Source of the DNA: the human T2T-CHM13v2.0 reference genome, Homo sapiens
Strand: one strand, 5' to 3'
DNA: 64,000 nucleotides
Assembly (NCBI RefSeq): GCF_009914755.1
Contig: NC_060929.1
Numbering within the stretch: position 1 is the stretch's first letter; each line of letters opens with the position of its first letter. This document shows, one piece after another, positions 41,100-56,210 of the stretch. Below the pieces are notes generated by a model, which saw only the letters and a program-made list of their open reading frames with translations, did not search any database and was not told the origin of the DNA. Both the position numbers and the translations under genes were made by a program.

Positions 41100-42720
41100 T
41101 CAATAATTATATAAGAATAGCACTGGCACATGTAGATAGACATTTGAAAGGAATAGAACAAAACCCAGGAATAAAGGCAAGAATGTAAGAATTCAATCTG
41201 TGTTAAAGGTGGCACTTCAAATCAGTGAAAAAAGAATGTATTATTTTAAAAATGCTATTAGGAAAACTGATTAACCATTTTGAAAAAAATTAATGATGCC
41301 TATCCACAAAATAAGCATAAAAACAAATTTCTAGTGGTTTAAACACATATTATTGAAGAAGGATGATCTCTCAAATAAATAGGGTCAGGATAATTATCAA
41401 TACGGGAAAAAAGGAAATTGGATTCATACCTAACTCCAAACGTAAAAGTTAACTCTAGACAGAATATAAACCTAAATGTGAAAGGAAAAACTCTAAGGCA
41501 CATGAAAAAAAAAGGAGAATATATTTGTATCACCTAGGCTAGGTAAGGACTTTTTAAATAATATGTTAAAGGATAAACCATATAAAAAAAGATATATTTT
41601 CCTATACTAAAATTAAGAATGTTTTAAAATATTTTTAAAAAGACAAGCCAAAGAGTGGAAGAGTGACTTGCAATATGTAAATAACACCTACAAGTCAGTA
41701 AAAAAAGATTTTTTCAAAATAACAAAATGAGCATACACATGAATAGGCAATTCACAGATGAGGAATCATAGATGGCCAATGAAAAACGAAAACATATACA
41801 ACCTAACTAGTAATAAGGAAAATGCTAACTAAAACCACAATATGATACCATATTATAGTATCCAGGCTAGCAAATATTAAACAGTAACGATAACACAAAG
41901 ATTTGAGAAGGGTGTGAAACAACAGGAATAGCCATGTATGGGTGATCAGAATAAATCATACAACTACTTTGGGAAACAATTTGATATTACCCAGTAAAGC
42001 TGACCCAACAATTCTACTAATAAGTATAGATTCTAGAGCACCAGGAGGCATCTGAAGCCCAGGAGGCATGCCTAAGAATGTTCATTAGAATCTTATAGGC
42101 CAGGCGCAGTGGCTCACACCTACAATCCCAGCACTTGGGGAGGCTGAGGTGGATGGATCACGAGGTCAGGAGTTTGAGCCCAGCCTGACCAAGATGGTGA
42201 AACCCCGTCTCTACTAAAAATACAAAAATTAGCCGGGTGTTGCGGCACACACCTGTAATCCCAGCTACTCAGGAGGCTGAGGCAGGAGAATCACATGAAC
42301 CCAGGAGGCGGAGCTTGCAGTGAGCCAAGATCGTGCCACTGCACTCCAGCCTGGGCAGCAGAGGGAGACTTCATCTCAAAAAAAATAAAGAATCTTATAC
42401 TATAATAGCAAAAACATTAGAAAGCAAACCAACAATGTTCATCCACAGTAAAGTGGATAAATGCCATATAGAGGTAAAAATGAATTACTGCTAAACATAT
42501 AAATGGATGTCGTACACAAAAAAGCAAATTCCAGAAGTAAAAAAAAAATGATAAAAGTAAAGGCAAGCAAAACCAAACAATATAATAAACATGTTATTTA
42601 GAAAAATATGCATATTTAGTAAACTATAATGAAAAGGAAAAGAACATTAAGACAAAATTCATACCTCTGAAAGACAGGGAGAAGGATGTGAACACATGTC
42701 AATTTTCTATGGTAGTGGTA
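41100..42720 (+). mobile_element. Ancient L1ME-like ORF2-end / 3' fragments, interrupted by an Alu
   Basis: gaataggcaattcacagatgagg, aaaaccacaatatgatacca, caatgttcatccacagtaaagtggataaa. Confidence 0.7.
42098..42388 (+). mobile_element. AluS (Sg/Sx-like)
   Basis: Full Alu; TSD agaatcttata. Confidence 0.93.
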
Positions 42721-42721
42721 A

Positions 42722-43030
<309 letters not shown>

Positions 43031-44699
43031 CACTTCTATTTTCTTAGTTGCAAAGTGTGAACCTGATTAACTAGAGAAGGACTTTGTAATGCTTATGCTA
43101 AAATGAACACAATAAATAGCTGAACTCCAGTTTTGGTTTCAAGATGTATAAGCAACTAAGCAAAAATCACTATATCTGTTTTGAAAACCAACATATTCTT
43201 TTAAGTATTTCTTTTTTTGTAAAGGAATAATTTTATTTCTAATGTTAAACTTTCTAGTCAAACCATCTTCTCCTGAACCCAAACATGCATACTATTTCTT
43301 GCTTCTTTGTCTTTGCTTATATAATTTCTTCTGTTCTGAATACCCTTCTACACCCGGTTCCATTTATTCCCTTTAACTTCTACTCTTTTTTTCTTTTTTT
43401 TTTTTTTTCTTTAGCTCTGCTAACTTATTTGAGATACATTTCAGGCATCACTTCCTCCACGAAACTTGCCCTGGATTTTCCACTTCACCCCCTAACTGGA
43501 TTATGTACCACTTCTGCCCCCACTCCAGGTACGATGTGGAATCTAGCATAGTCCTTTATCATTGTTATCACTGAGTTGCTATGGGTAGGGTCATGTGTTC
43601 TTTGATTTTCACATCCCACGTGCCTAGCACAGTGCTGTTCAATAACTATTTGATGAAATGTTTAAGAATTTATTGGTTGAAGGTACTTTTTCTTTAACGT
43701 CTCTGAAAAAAAAATCACTTGGTTAGCAATCTTAGAACTGAACCATAAACTTTATTATAGATGGTTGGAGCTTGATACATACAGTTTTTGGCTGCAAAAT
43801 ATAAGTTACACTAACATGCTCAGAGGCCATCGTTAAGCATCAACGCTATATTTAGTCACATACATGATCTCACCTGCTTTGTTCTTCCCATATTCCCAGT
43901 CAAAATCCAGCCACATTTAAGTCTATTTAGTTTACTGATATACATTAGGCCATACAAAACAAAATGATGGATAGTATCCGTATCACTGGATTTATAATAT
44001 AAAGTTTTTCTCATTTAGAAAGAGGCATACTCTTTTGATCATGTATATTCTATTTAGAAGTAATAGAGAACTTGGAACTAATGTATATTAGAACATTTGA
44101 ATAAAGACAGGTAAAAATAAACAAATCTTTGCCAATATTCTTAATCTTAAAATTAAATGTTATGATTTATTACTTCCTTGATTTTAAAATTTATTACATA
44201 GTGAAATATATTCAATGGTATTTATGACAGAGTATATTTACAAATAGAAAATTCATTCAAATTTAATGATGCTTCAAGTACTGGAGCTACTATCTACACA
44301 TTTCTTGTTAATAAGTACATACATTATATCAGTGTTACTGAAGTAGTAACAGCATTTCCACATCACAATAGCAGCAAAAATAAGTTCCCCTGAAAGTCTT
44401 AACCAGGTTTACCTGGACAATCTGTGCAATATACTACAATCTGAACTTACTTCTGTAAACAGAAAAATGAACCAGAGATTCCAGTATGAATCAAATAATT
44501 CCATCAAAGAAAACCTTGCTAAACAGACTTTTATTCAAGCCCTGAAAACATAGATGCATTAAATATAAGCCTTTCTTTTAAATAATTAGATATCTACTTT
44601 GGGGAATAAATATATAAGCTTTCAATTATTTCTTTAATGTGGGAAAATGCTAAAAATTATGTTATATACATGCTGGCAAAAGGGAGGCTGTGATTACTA

Positions 44700-44733
44700 G
44701 TGTGTGTGTGTGTTTGTGTATGTGTGTGTGTGT
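44700..44733. repeat. (TG)n microsatellite
   Basis: Read directly from the sequence. Confidence 0.9.
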
Positions 44734-45358
44734 TCCCATGCACATGCATGTCTTTGTACAGGCACGGGAAGAGAGAGAGTCAAGAAAAGTTTTAACAAAG
44801 GAGGGGACATTAAGGTTAGGTATTAGATATAAGACAAGAACTTTCTAGATGATGTTTAGAATTTAACAGAATCTTGAAAAATCTCTGATAATACTGATGC
44901 TTCTTTATAATGTTCAACCTTTAAGTGTTTGAGTATTATGAAAGAAATATTTCCTTCCAAATGTCTTAAAAAACCATTATAAATTAAATGGGTAATTTTT
45001 CTGTGCTAATTTTTAGAATTATATTAACATATTAATTTAGAGAAACTGCTTGTTTTTGTTTGTTTGTTTTCCTAGAAGTAAGGGCCTGGAGAGATGAATC
45101 CAGAATATCCACTTCCAACCACCTACCTTTGACCAGTGAGAGAAGAGATGCCCCTTGCCTCGTGGGCTCTAGCTCTGGGCAAGTGGCATCTTGAGCAGGT
45201 ACTGAACAAAGGACAGACAGACCATCCATGTTATATAGGGCAAGCAGAATCTGGGTATGAAGCCAAAGGAAACCCAGCAAGGACAAAAACTCCTCAGAAA
45301 TAGGATGGAAATAGAGCCTGGCATAGCTGGTTGGATTTGATGGGGTCATTTCAGTGCC

Positions 45359-45653
45359 TTTTTTTTTAAAAGATGGAGTCTCATTCTGTCGCTCAGGCTG
45401 GAGTGCAGTGAGATAGTTTACTGTAGCCTCAAATTCCTGGGCCATCTTTCCACCTCAGCCTCCCGAGTAGCTGGGGCTACCGGCACATTACCATGCCCAA
45501 CTAATTATCTATATATATATATTTATATATATTTAGAGAGGAGGGTATTGCTATTTTGCCCAGGCTGTTCTTGAGCTCCTGGCTTCAAGTGATCCTCCGG
45601 CCTCAGTCTTCTGAGTAGGTGGGATTACATGTGTGAGCCACTGCACCTGTCTG
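45359..45653 (-). mobile_element. AluJ, possibly inserted into an MLT1-like LTR remnant (~45075-45690)
   Basis: Antisense Alu with a TA-rich middle linker; the LTR assignment is tentative. Confidence 0.85.
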
Positions 45654-47176
45654 AGTGGCTTTTTTTATAGCATTACTCTAGCATCCTGAGTGTCCCCTGA
45701 ACTACAGTGGAGAGAAGATTCACATTAAGGCTTTTTAAATATGGCATGTTTTATTACTAATCTTTCAAAAATGTTGAAATATCTTAGGTTAACAAGCAAC
45801 TATTTGTTGCATAATTTTAGCTCAATGGTTGCTATTGCTATTCAAACTATTGACATAATTTAATATCACTTAAAATTATCCATTGAAAGAAATATGACAC
45901 ATATCTTCATAAATATATTTTTAAATATTTTCTTTAAAATTTTAAAATTTTTTGTTTTAGTTTTTTAGAGTCTTAAAAAAGTATTTATTTTCTCTAGTCA
46001 CTAGATTCCACTGTATTGGTTTGCCCATAAGAATATCAGCTTGCCATATTTGTCAAAACAAAAAATGTATCGATCACCCTGTCATTTAACTAATATTTGG
46101 TGTACCCACTATGTGCCAGACACTGTAAGAGGATCTACCTAACAAATGTCAATAGTATCACAAGCAATTAAGAAAATGTAAAAAATCTAAACAGAAATAA
46201 TGGTTTTTAATGAAAACTGCTAATCATTAACTTCATATTATATTTCCTAAAAGATAAAATGTAGGTGAAAATGTTTAATGAACTGTAAAACCTTATTAAA
46301 AGGTTAAGTGCAATTATTAATTATTACATTATTTCTCCTAAACAATGAGTGTTGTAAAATGAATATACCACAATGAATATATCATTTGGTGGAGGAGGTG
46401 AAAGCAAAAGAAGAAAATAATTAGTTAAGGGATATTAAATGGTTGTGACAGGTTTTAAATGCTCCTTATATGTTTGATTAGCTTCATTTGAACTAAAAGT
46501 AAAGGCAAAACAATTTTAAGTATCATTGATAAATACCACCACATTACTGGAAATTGAAGTATTTCAGTTTTCAGAATGTGTTAAAAACATCCAACAAACT
46601 AATTCCTTTTAAGTGCCAAATTTTGAAATGGTTTATATTATTCAACAAAAAAATCATGCTACATAACCTTATGTAAAAAAATTCTTATAGAAACAATTTG
46701 CACAAAAATTGAGGTTCTCATTGCAATGATAAGTTGTATTTAGTACAGAAAATGTATATAGTCTCAAATTTTAAAATTCAATGTGGTTTATAACAATCTC
46801 TAAGTATTGAACTTTTATTACTAATGATATATCACTAGTTGTGAAGGACTTTCAATTTCCCATTGAAAAATAAAATTTTCCTAAAATCCTATAACATATG
46901 AATGATGTCAAAGTACATACTGTAATCTGCCTAATATTAGAGTTGCTTATGAATATCGTAGCCTCCCTGTTATATACTGTGAGCTCCTGGTAAAGAGGGA
47001 TTCTGGCTTTTCTATCTCTATTTCTTACAGAGGGCCAGCACAATATTTTATAAATAGTACTCAGCTATTGAAATGAAATGTGAAGAGATCTGTTCCAACA
47101 TGTGCTACTAAACAGGATACACATCTTCAGTTTCAAGACACATTTGATATCTTGATGTATCATCCTGGCTAATTTC

Positions 47177-47463
<287 letters not shown>

Positions 47464-48624
47464 GATCCTGGATAATTTCATGTGAGTAGAAATTACATGC
47501 TTTATTCTTCTCCTTTTATCTTTAATATCTAGCACTTGTGACATGGTACATAATCGATGAAGGTATACTAAGACAATGTAACCTATAACTGGCATTGTAC
47601 TTTTATCACACTACTAGTTATTTCAGGTATCTTGAAAGTACTAAAAGAAGTTTTAAAAGCAAAAAGCATACGGAAACAATTAGGACACTTGGGGCTAACA
47701 TCTTTATTTAATCTGGCCATTTACTTCCTAGCTTTATCATCTATATTTATCATCTAAAGATCTACCTCTTCTTAATAATATGACATCCAGTACTGAAAGA
47801 ATTCAAACCTGTTCTCAGTCTGCTTTGGGAAATAAAGGAACAAAACTGACTATAATGATGCATAAATAAGTAAATCAACATTTATGGAGGAGTCACTACT
47901 TGCCGAATAGTAGGCAGGTGATATTTATACAATTTGTGAGGTCAAATATGAGGTTAAAAGGTAGGAAAAACAATGAATGTCCACCTTATCGCTATGAGGG
48001 CTGCCCCATAAGGGCACTCAGTGTATACACAGCACAACTCCAGGGGTTGCTAGTAAGAATTATGTCCCCTTAAGAGTTATGCAACTAAAAGTATAATTAA
48101 GAGAAAAAACGTTGCTAAATAATCTATAATATGCTATTAATTCTTAAGATGCATCCCAAATTCAGAGATGTTAAAATGTGATAAAAGGTTTTAGGACCAA
48201 TGAAAAAAGAGGATAATACAAGCAATCTTCAATTGGCCTTTCTTTGATGGCATCATTTTATCAGCAGTCTGTACAAGAATTTCTGAGGGAATTTTTTCAC
48301 TCTCCTCTGTGAAGTCAAAATAAAGAACATTAGAAGTGAATGAAGTACTGTTAATGTCACAATTCAGATATAATGCACCAAGATTTTCAAATTTATATTC
48401 TTCCCCTTAGTTCTTAAAATTGATTATGGGAGGAACAGTGTTTTCAACTAACTTTTAGGTGCAAGCCTAAATTACTTATTGGGCACTTATACCTTTCCCT
48501 GCCTAATAAACATACACATATACACCCACACACACACAGAAACCCACATACACGCAGCTGCTGAGGAAAAGGCCAGAAGAGAGGCCACTTCAGAATATGA
48601 ATGGAGAGAAAAAAACAGAGGGAT

Positions 48625-48849
48625 GAACTGTGTGGGTCCAGTTATGAGAATTTTTTTCAACCAAAGCCAGATTGAAAAGTAGGCCATCTGTATATGCCGG
48701 TTTTGTATATGCAGGTTTTGCATATACAGACGGCCTACTTTACATATCCATGGTTCCACAGGACCAACTGTAAGACTTCCATATGCATGGACTGTGGTAT
48801 ATGCAGGGGTTCTGGAATCAGTTCCCTTCGTAAAGCAAGGGATGACTGT
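48625..48849 (-). mobile_element. MER8 Tigger MITE with an internal fold-back
   Basis: tgaactgtgtgggtcca...ttttttcaaccaaa...ggggttctggaatcagttcc...agggatgactg matches the reverse complement of MER8. Confidence 0.8.
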
Positions 48850-49403
48850 GTGTAATTTCTCTTAATCTCAGTTTCCTTATCTACATCTACAAATGAAATA
48901 GATGGGCTTTAAAAGTCTAAAAAATATCTACTAAGTTTTAGATATTATCTTTTGGAAACCTATTCTGGTAGAATCCTTCTATTAAAAATGTTCTTTCTTC
49001 CTAAACATATTCTTTATATAAAACAGTAAACAAACATGGCCTGAATGAATTGTACATACCCCTTTAATGTGAAAAAAAAATGCCTCATTGCTAAAAATTT
49101 AGAATAGCAACATTACAAAAACATGAGTTCCTCTTCTCAATAATAGCTAAACAGATTTTACTTTTAATAGATTTACTTATCAGTGTAAAATCTTAGTTCT
49201 AATGTTAAATTTGTATATAATGGTTCAAAGTCTGTGTTTTAAAAAAGTATTAATCTATTACATACCTCTGAAAGGTACTGATATTATTATTGCTATGACA
49301 GAACCAATATACTTTGGTTCAGATTCTAAAGGAAAAATAGTGACTGTTTATAACTGTCAAATTATTTTAAAGTTATTAAATATGATAGCATCCAAACTGA
49401 TAG

Positions 49404-49767
<364 letters not shown>

Positions 49768-50121
49768 TTTAGAAAAGCAAATTCAGGTATAAGAATTATA
49801 TTTAGGAGAACAAGAATTAAGGAAAGTCTTGGTTGATGACCATTTTGACTAATATTCAAGGGTAATTTTATCTTTGTTTTCATATGTTCCCTAAATGAGT
49901 CACTAATTATAATATATAATCTATTACTTTTCAAGGAAAAAAAAAACCTATTGTTTTCTTCTCATATTAAATTAATGAAAATATTACTGAGAATAAAATT
50001 AATATTACATAAGGTAGAACTGATAATGTTTTAAGCTGAAATGTCATGCTCCAAACAAATAAATCTAAGCATACAATTTCACATTTGCAAATACACATAT
50101 GTAATTCAAATACAACTGAGA

Positions 50122-50422
50122 TGCTGGGCATGGTGGCTCACACCTGTAATCTCAGCCCTTTGGGATGCCAAGGGAGGAGGATTGCTTGAGCCCAGGAGTT
50201 TGAGGCCAGCCTGGGGAATAGAGTGAGACTTCATCTATACAAAAAATAAAAAAAATTAGCCAGGTGTGGTGGCACATGCCTGTGGTCCCAGCTACTTGGG
50301 AGGCTGAGGTGGGAGCACCACTTGAGCCCAGAGGTCAAGGCTGCAGTGAACTGTGATCATGCCACTGCACTCCAGCCTGGGTGACAGGATGGGACACTAT
50401 CTCAACAACAACAAGAAAAGAA
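50122..50422 (+). mobile_element. AluJ
   Basis: ggaggattgcttgagcccagg; tgagatg on both flanks. Confidence 0.9.
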
Positions 50423-51680
50423 ATGAGATGAGTCTATTAGGGAAACACTCAAGTCACTCAGTAAACGTTACATTGCCATGCTATGTCACACATAAAGGAT
50501 GCACACGGTAATGTTTACATCCATTGATAAAGCCACAGTGTGCATGCGTGAGTACTGAAACTGGCTAAACACCAAAGGATAGAAGAGTGAAGAGCAATAT
50601 GCTGATTGGCTGACTACCAGGCAAAGTTACCTATAGACAAGCTGAAATCAGGGTGAGGATAAAAAAGATTCCCTATAGTAAACAAAGCACTTTTGGGTCA
50701 ACTATATAAAACTCATTTAGGCTTTCCTTCATCTCCACCTACAAGGCTCACAAAACCCAGATGGACAGTTTGGGACTGAGGCAAAAATAATGTGCAAGGG
50801 CGTCTCACTTGAGGAGAAAAAAAATGTGGGTCCCAGATTCTAGAACCAATATATCTGCTCAATGCAACACCCTAACAATAGTCTTAGAATAAACTACTGT
50901 ATAGAAGGAACTACTGCTTGTCTTTTATCATAGTGACTGCCTTACCAACCAAGGAAACTCTATTTCTTTAATCGCATTTCGACTGCCTTACCAAGAAAAC
51001 TCCATTTATCTAGTCACATTTGTATACATATTTTATATTATAATATATACACAGATAACCACTTAGAGAAAATACTCACTATCGCAACCTGGTGTAGCGG
51101 GAAAAACACAGACTTTGCAGTCAGAATTGGGCTCAAATCTTGGTTTGGTTATTCTTATTAGCTGTATAACTATGAGTAAGTCTGTTTATGTCTCTAGGCC
51201 TCATTTTACATATCTGTAACATCAGAGTAATACACGAGACTAGCGTGATGATTACACAAACAACTACTGCTTCTAACCTGACAAGGGCCCCAGCAATGGG
51301 AAATGAGTTGGAGACAGAGGGCCTTAAGTTGCCCTTTCTTCCCAAGAAGTGGGTGAAGGTTGTGGGAGTAGAGAGAGGGGCTAATATGCATAACCAAATT
51401 CAAATTGAGGCACAGTCCATCTAATTGTATTTTACAGTTACTGTCCAATATTATCTTAGACAAAAAATGTTACCTTAGACAAAGGGAGCTCAATTTGAAG
51501 AATTAGGAAGAGCTTGGCCTCAGAAATAGTCATGGACAGAGGCAACTTGAATTGTAATTCAATTATAATAATAATTATAATTACAAGTGATGTTTACTGA
51601 GTGCATACTATGTGCTAAAGCAGGTACTAAGTACTTAATTGCATTACTTCTTTTAATTCTAACAACTCTATTTAGCAGAT

Positions 51681-52081
51681 GATGGCCTGAAGCAACTGAA
51701 GATCCACAAAAGAAGTGAAAATAGCCTTAAATGATGACATTCCACCATTGTGATTTGTTTCTGCCCCACCCTAACTGATCAATGTACTTTGTAATCTCCC
51801 CCACCCTTAAGAGGGTTCTCTGTAATCTCCCCCACCATAAGAAGGTTCTTTGTAATTCTCCCCACCTTTGAGAATGTACTTTGTGAGATCCACCCCCTGC
51901 CCGCAAAACATTGCTCCTAACTCCACTGCCTATCCCAAAACCTGTAAGAACTAATGATAATCCCACCACCCTTTACTGATTCTCTTTTCGGGCTCAGCCC
52001 GCCTGCGCCCAGGTGAAATAAACAGCCTTGTTGCTCACACAAAGCCTGTTTGGTGGTCTCTTCACATGGACGCGTGAGACA
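51681..52081 (+). mobile_element. HERV-H solo LTR (LTR7 family, probably LTR7B), 5' end missing
   Basis: gatggcctgaagcaactgaagatccacaaaagaagtg, tandem ctttgtaatctcccccacc repeats, aataaa, terminal gagaca. Confidence 0.9.
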
Positions 52082-52580
52082 GCTAGAAAGCAGGCACAGA
52101 CATCTGGGCTCTTTCAGCAAGAAGCCACCCATTCTAGAGAAAAAACGGAATGAAAGTTGTAGTTGCTAAAGCCTAAAATGGGCAAGTGATTCTCCACGGT
52201 CTTCTATTGTTGGAAGTGGATCAGTAGAAAACAAATTCTAATCCTCAAATTCCACCTGCTGGGTCACTATGGACTGACATTATCTTAGTTTCACCAAAGG
52301 GAGGAGGGAGGAAGGAGGGCAAACTGTTGGAGTAGTGTATATACAATGCTCCCTGAGTCCAGATCAAGAGTTTAAATGAGATAGATCCAAATGTCTCAAT
52401 GAGGCAGTCCTACCCGATTCGATTTCTCTATTTCAGTTTACATCGCCGCTCATATTGAGTCACCTAATTTTGCATTACCTAACAGGCCAACTGAAATATG
52501 GTTTCTATTTTTATAAATAAATGTTAATAAACTGCTTTCTTTCATTGTTTCTCTGTTCAGCTCCAGAAAAGAGGCAAAAA

Positions 52581-53940
52581 CCAGTGTTTTTAGACATGTG
52601 GTCCACAAACCTCTGGAGATTCCTGAGATTCTTTCAGGGGACCTGCAAGGTCTCTATTTCATTATAGTACTAAGACATTGTCTATTTCACTGTATTGACA
52701 TTTGCATTAATCATTAAAAACGCAATGAAGAATAAAACTGCCTGTGACTTAGCACCTACGAAGGCAGTGATACCAAACTATACTAGTAGTCATAGTCTTT
52801 ACTGCCACATAAGGGGGGGTGGAAGTGGAGGTTGGAGGGAAGCCAACTACACATAAATGTCAATGAAGAGTAAAATTTACCTCTGTTAAATCTCAATCCA
52901 TGAGTATATATCTGTTTAATATTATGAGTGATGAAATGAAGGTATACATAAAGCACTTGCATACCAAACTATGCTATGATGACAGTCTGGAGGAAAAGCA
53001 GTTGTGCACTTGATTGCGTTTAGAGCTAAAGTAGTTAACTTTCTAATGGAATAGCATTTGTACTTGTAAGACTGATAGACAAATTATGATTATTCGGATT
53101 TGGGTAATTTGGAAGGTATTTTCTTGTAAATGAACAAAGTAAGCCTGACAATCCCATTCAAGAAAAACAACTGATGGTATTTGTGGTCAATGATACAAAC
53201 TGAGCTTTCTTGTTAAAGTTGGAATTTTGGGAAACTTTTATCATCACTGATAACTTTGAGAGTTTTTTAATTCTTAAAGCTTTTCTGATGATACTGGTGG
53301 AAATATTAATGGGTAGGATTTTTTTATACTGTGTAATAAGATGTGTCAACATTTACAAGATTTATGTAACTAAGTGAAACAATATTTTCCAAATGACCAA
53401 TGTATGATGTTACAAAATCATATATGGGTAAAAGATCCATTCAAAGTACAAGACAGACCAATGGATTTTTATGAGTATAAAATGTGTTCTAGACTCCATA
53501 CTGCAACTAAACTTTAAGAAATAACTTCCTTTTTAGTGTGGGTATAGCATCAAAGAAGAATATACAAAATTATCTGAAAAAGCTATTAAAATAGACCTTT
53601 CTTTTACAATTGCATATCTGTTTGAGGCCGAGTTTTCCTCAAAAACATCAATGAAGACAACATATTATAAGAGAGGAAATATAGAAGCAAGTATAAGAAT
53701 TCAGCTGCCTTCTATTAAGCCAGACATTAGATTTTCAAAAATGCCATATTTTTCATTGTGTCTTTCATTTTAAAAATACAGTTATTTCTCATAAAATGCT
53801 ATTTATGTCATCATAGGTTTATTGTTATTTAAAAATAAATATTTTAAAATGTTCTCATTTTTAATTCCTTTCAATAGTAAACATCAATAGATATAACCCA
53901 TATAAACAAAAACCCCACAGTGACCTTAATAAAGTTAAAC
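52581..53940. mobile_element. Charlie1-like hAT transposon relic
   Basis: cagtgttt...gtggtcc...ctttcaggggacctgcaaggtc...aaagatccattcaaagtacaagacagaccaatggatt...ataacccatataaacaaaa. Confidence 0.78.
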
Positions 53941-54018
53941 ATAAGCCAATGGGAAAAGACCTTACTCTGCCATAATTCTTCCCATGTTTCCTATGGGAAA
54001 GGAGGAAGGGAGGGATGA

Positions 54019-54331
<313 letters not shown>

Positions 54332-54719
54332 CCACTGGTTGTTTTCATACACATTAATTTACATCATTTATTCCTTATAAAAGTCTAACAGATATGATTA
54401 TCCCTAATTTATAGATGTAGGAACTGAAACAGTGATTTTTGCCTAAAGTCACAGTTGGTAAGCAAAAAAATTAAGATTACAGTATGTATTTGATTCTGAA
54501 GTGCTTATTCTTTTTACCATATCATATTTATGACAGACCCCCACCACCCTAACTGGTCAGTGTCCAACAAAAACTCATAAATGCAGAGCTTCGGTCTTTA
54601 TCATAATTTTTGTTTGAAATCCAAAGGTCTAATTCTTGAACTGATTTCTATTTCTTCATTATTGGCTTGTTTTACCAAATCCAAAGAAGGCTGGGTACAC
54701 TTAATAATGGCTGATAATT

Positions 54720-55071
<352 letters not shown>

Positions 55072-55227
55072 TCAGCACACTTCAGTATAATATTCAAGAG
55101 TTCTTGCAATCTCATGCTACTCAACATCAAAGGGTAGATTTATACAAATAGGCAAAGGCCTGTCTTCATAGGTTCATGTAAACAAATAATATTCATTAAT
55201 CAAACCTTTATTTTAAAAATCTCCTGT

Positions 55228-55522
55228 GCGTCAGGTGTGGTGGCATGCACCTGTAGTCCCAGCTACTTGGAAGGCTGAGGCAGGAGGATTGCTTGAGGCC
55301 AGGAGTTCTACACTACAGTGAGTTATGATGTCATCACTGCATTCTAGCCTGCGTGACAGAGTAAGACCCTGTCTCAAAAAAAAAAGGGGGGGGGAAAGAA
55401 AGGAAAGGAAAGGAAAGGAAAGGAAAGGAAGGGGAAGGGGAAGGGGAAAGGAAAGGGGAAGGGAGGAAAGGAAAGGGAAAGGAAAGGAAAAGGAAAAGGG
55501 GAAAGGGAAAGGAGAAAAAAAA
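55228..55522 (+). mobile_element. Alu right monomer (FRAM/AluJ) whose tail expanded into a (GGAAA/GGGGAA)n polypurine tract
   Basis: Read directly; purine-only run at ~55376-55522. Confidence 0.88.
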
Positions 55523-56210
55523 TCTACTGTGTTTACTAGGTTTTGGAAATATAAAACATGACAATGTAAAGGTTAATTTCTGGTAATTAAAACAGAATTA
55601 TGGCCCTTTAAAGGCTTTAAAATTAATCAGGCTTGATCACAGTTTCCCTTTTAAATGAAAACTCTAAAATGAAGAAACAGGTATGCTTTGGTGAACAGTT
55701 AATGATTATATTTTAAGACTGCCTTATTGAATTGTTAGAAAATGCATATAATAGTGACCTTGTCAGGTGGGAGCCACTCCTCTCCTGGCCTCATATGGAG
55801 GCACTTCAGCTAGAGTTAACATTCTTAGTTTCTCTCCCCATATCCCATTCTTTCTTTCCCTCAGGAAGAGTGTGACTTATCTGATTAGCACATTTAGGAA
55901 AAGAAACTGAAAATGCTCAGCTCAGCTCTTCAGGGCATCTTCCAAATAGGTTGCAGAAAGGATGAATTCTACTTTACTTTCTACCACATGAAAGGCAAAG
56001 GGAATGTTTGCAGGATAAGGGGAAAATTCATTTTGGGGGGAATATATCTGGAAGTCCATTAGCTACAGATCTAAAACAAATTTTCCAGTTGAACTGTATC
56101 AATTTTTAATGATGGTGTTTTGTTTCCTTTTGTCTGATTCCTATGTAATATTGCTGAGTTCCAAACTGCGGAGTGTAGCACTGAGGTATTATTTTGGAAC
56201 AATGTTGTAC

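Noticed and set aside
51548-51586. AT-rich quasi-palindromes (also the TAAT run at 22855-22872 and 4676-4740)
   Set aside because: Expected by chance in low-complexity AT sequence.
51780-51890. ~30-bp repeats resembling a CRISPR-like array
   Set aside because: They are LTR7 U3 tandem repeats with no unique spacers, in a eukaryotic context.
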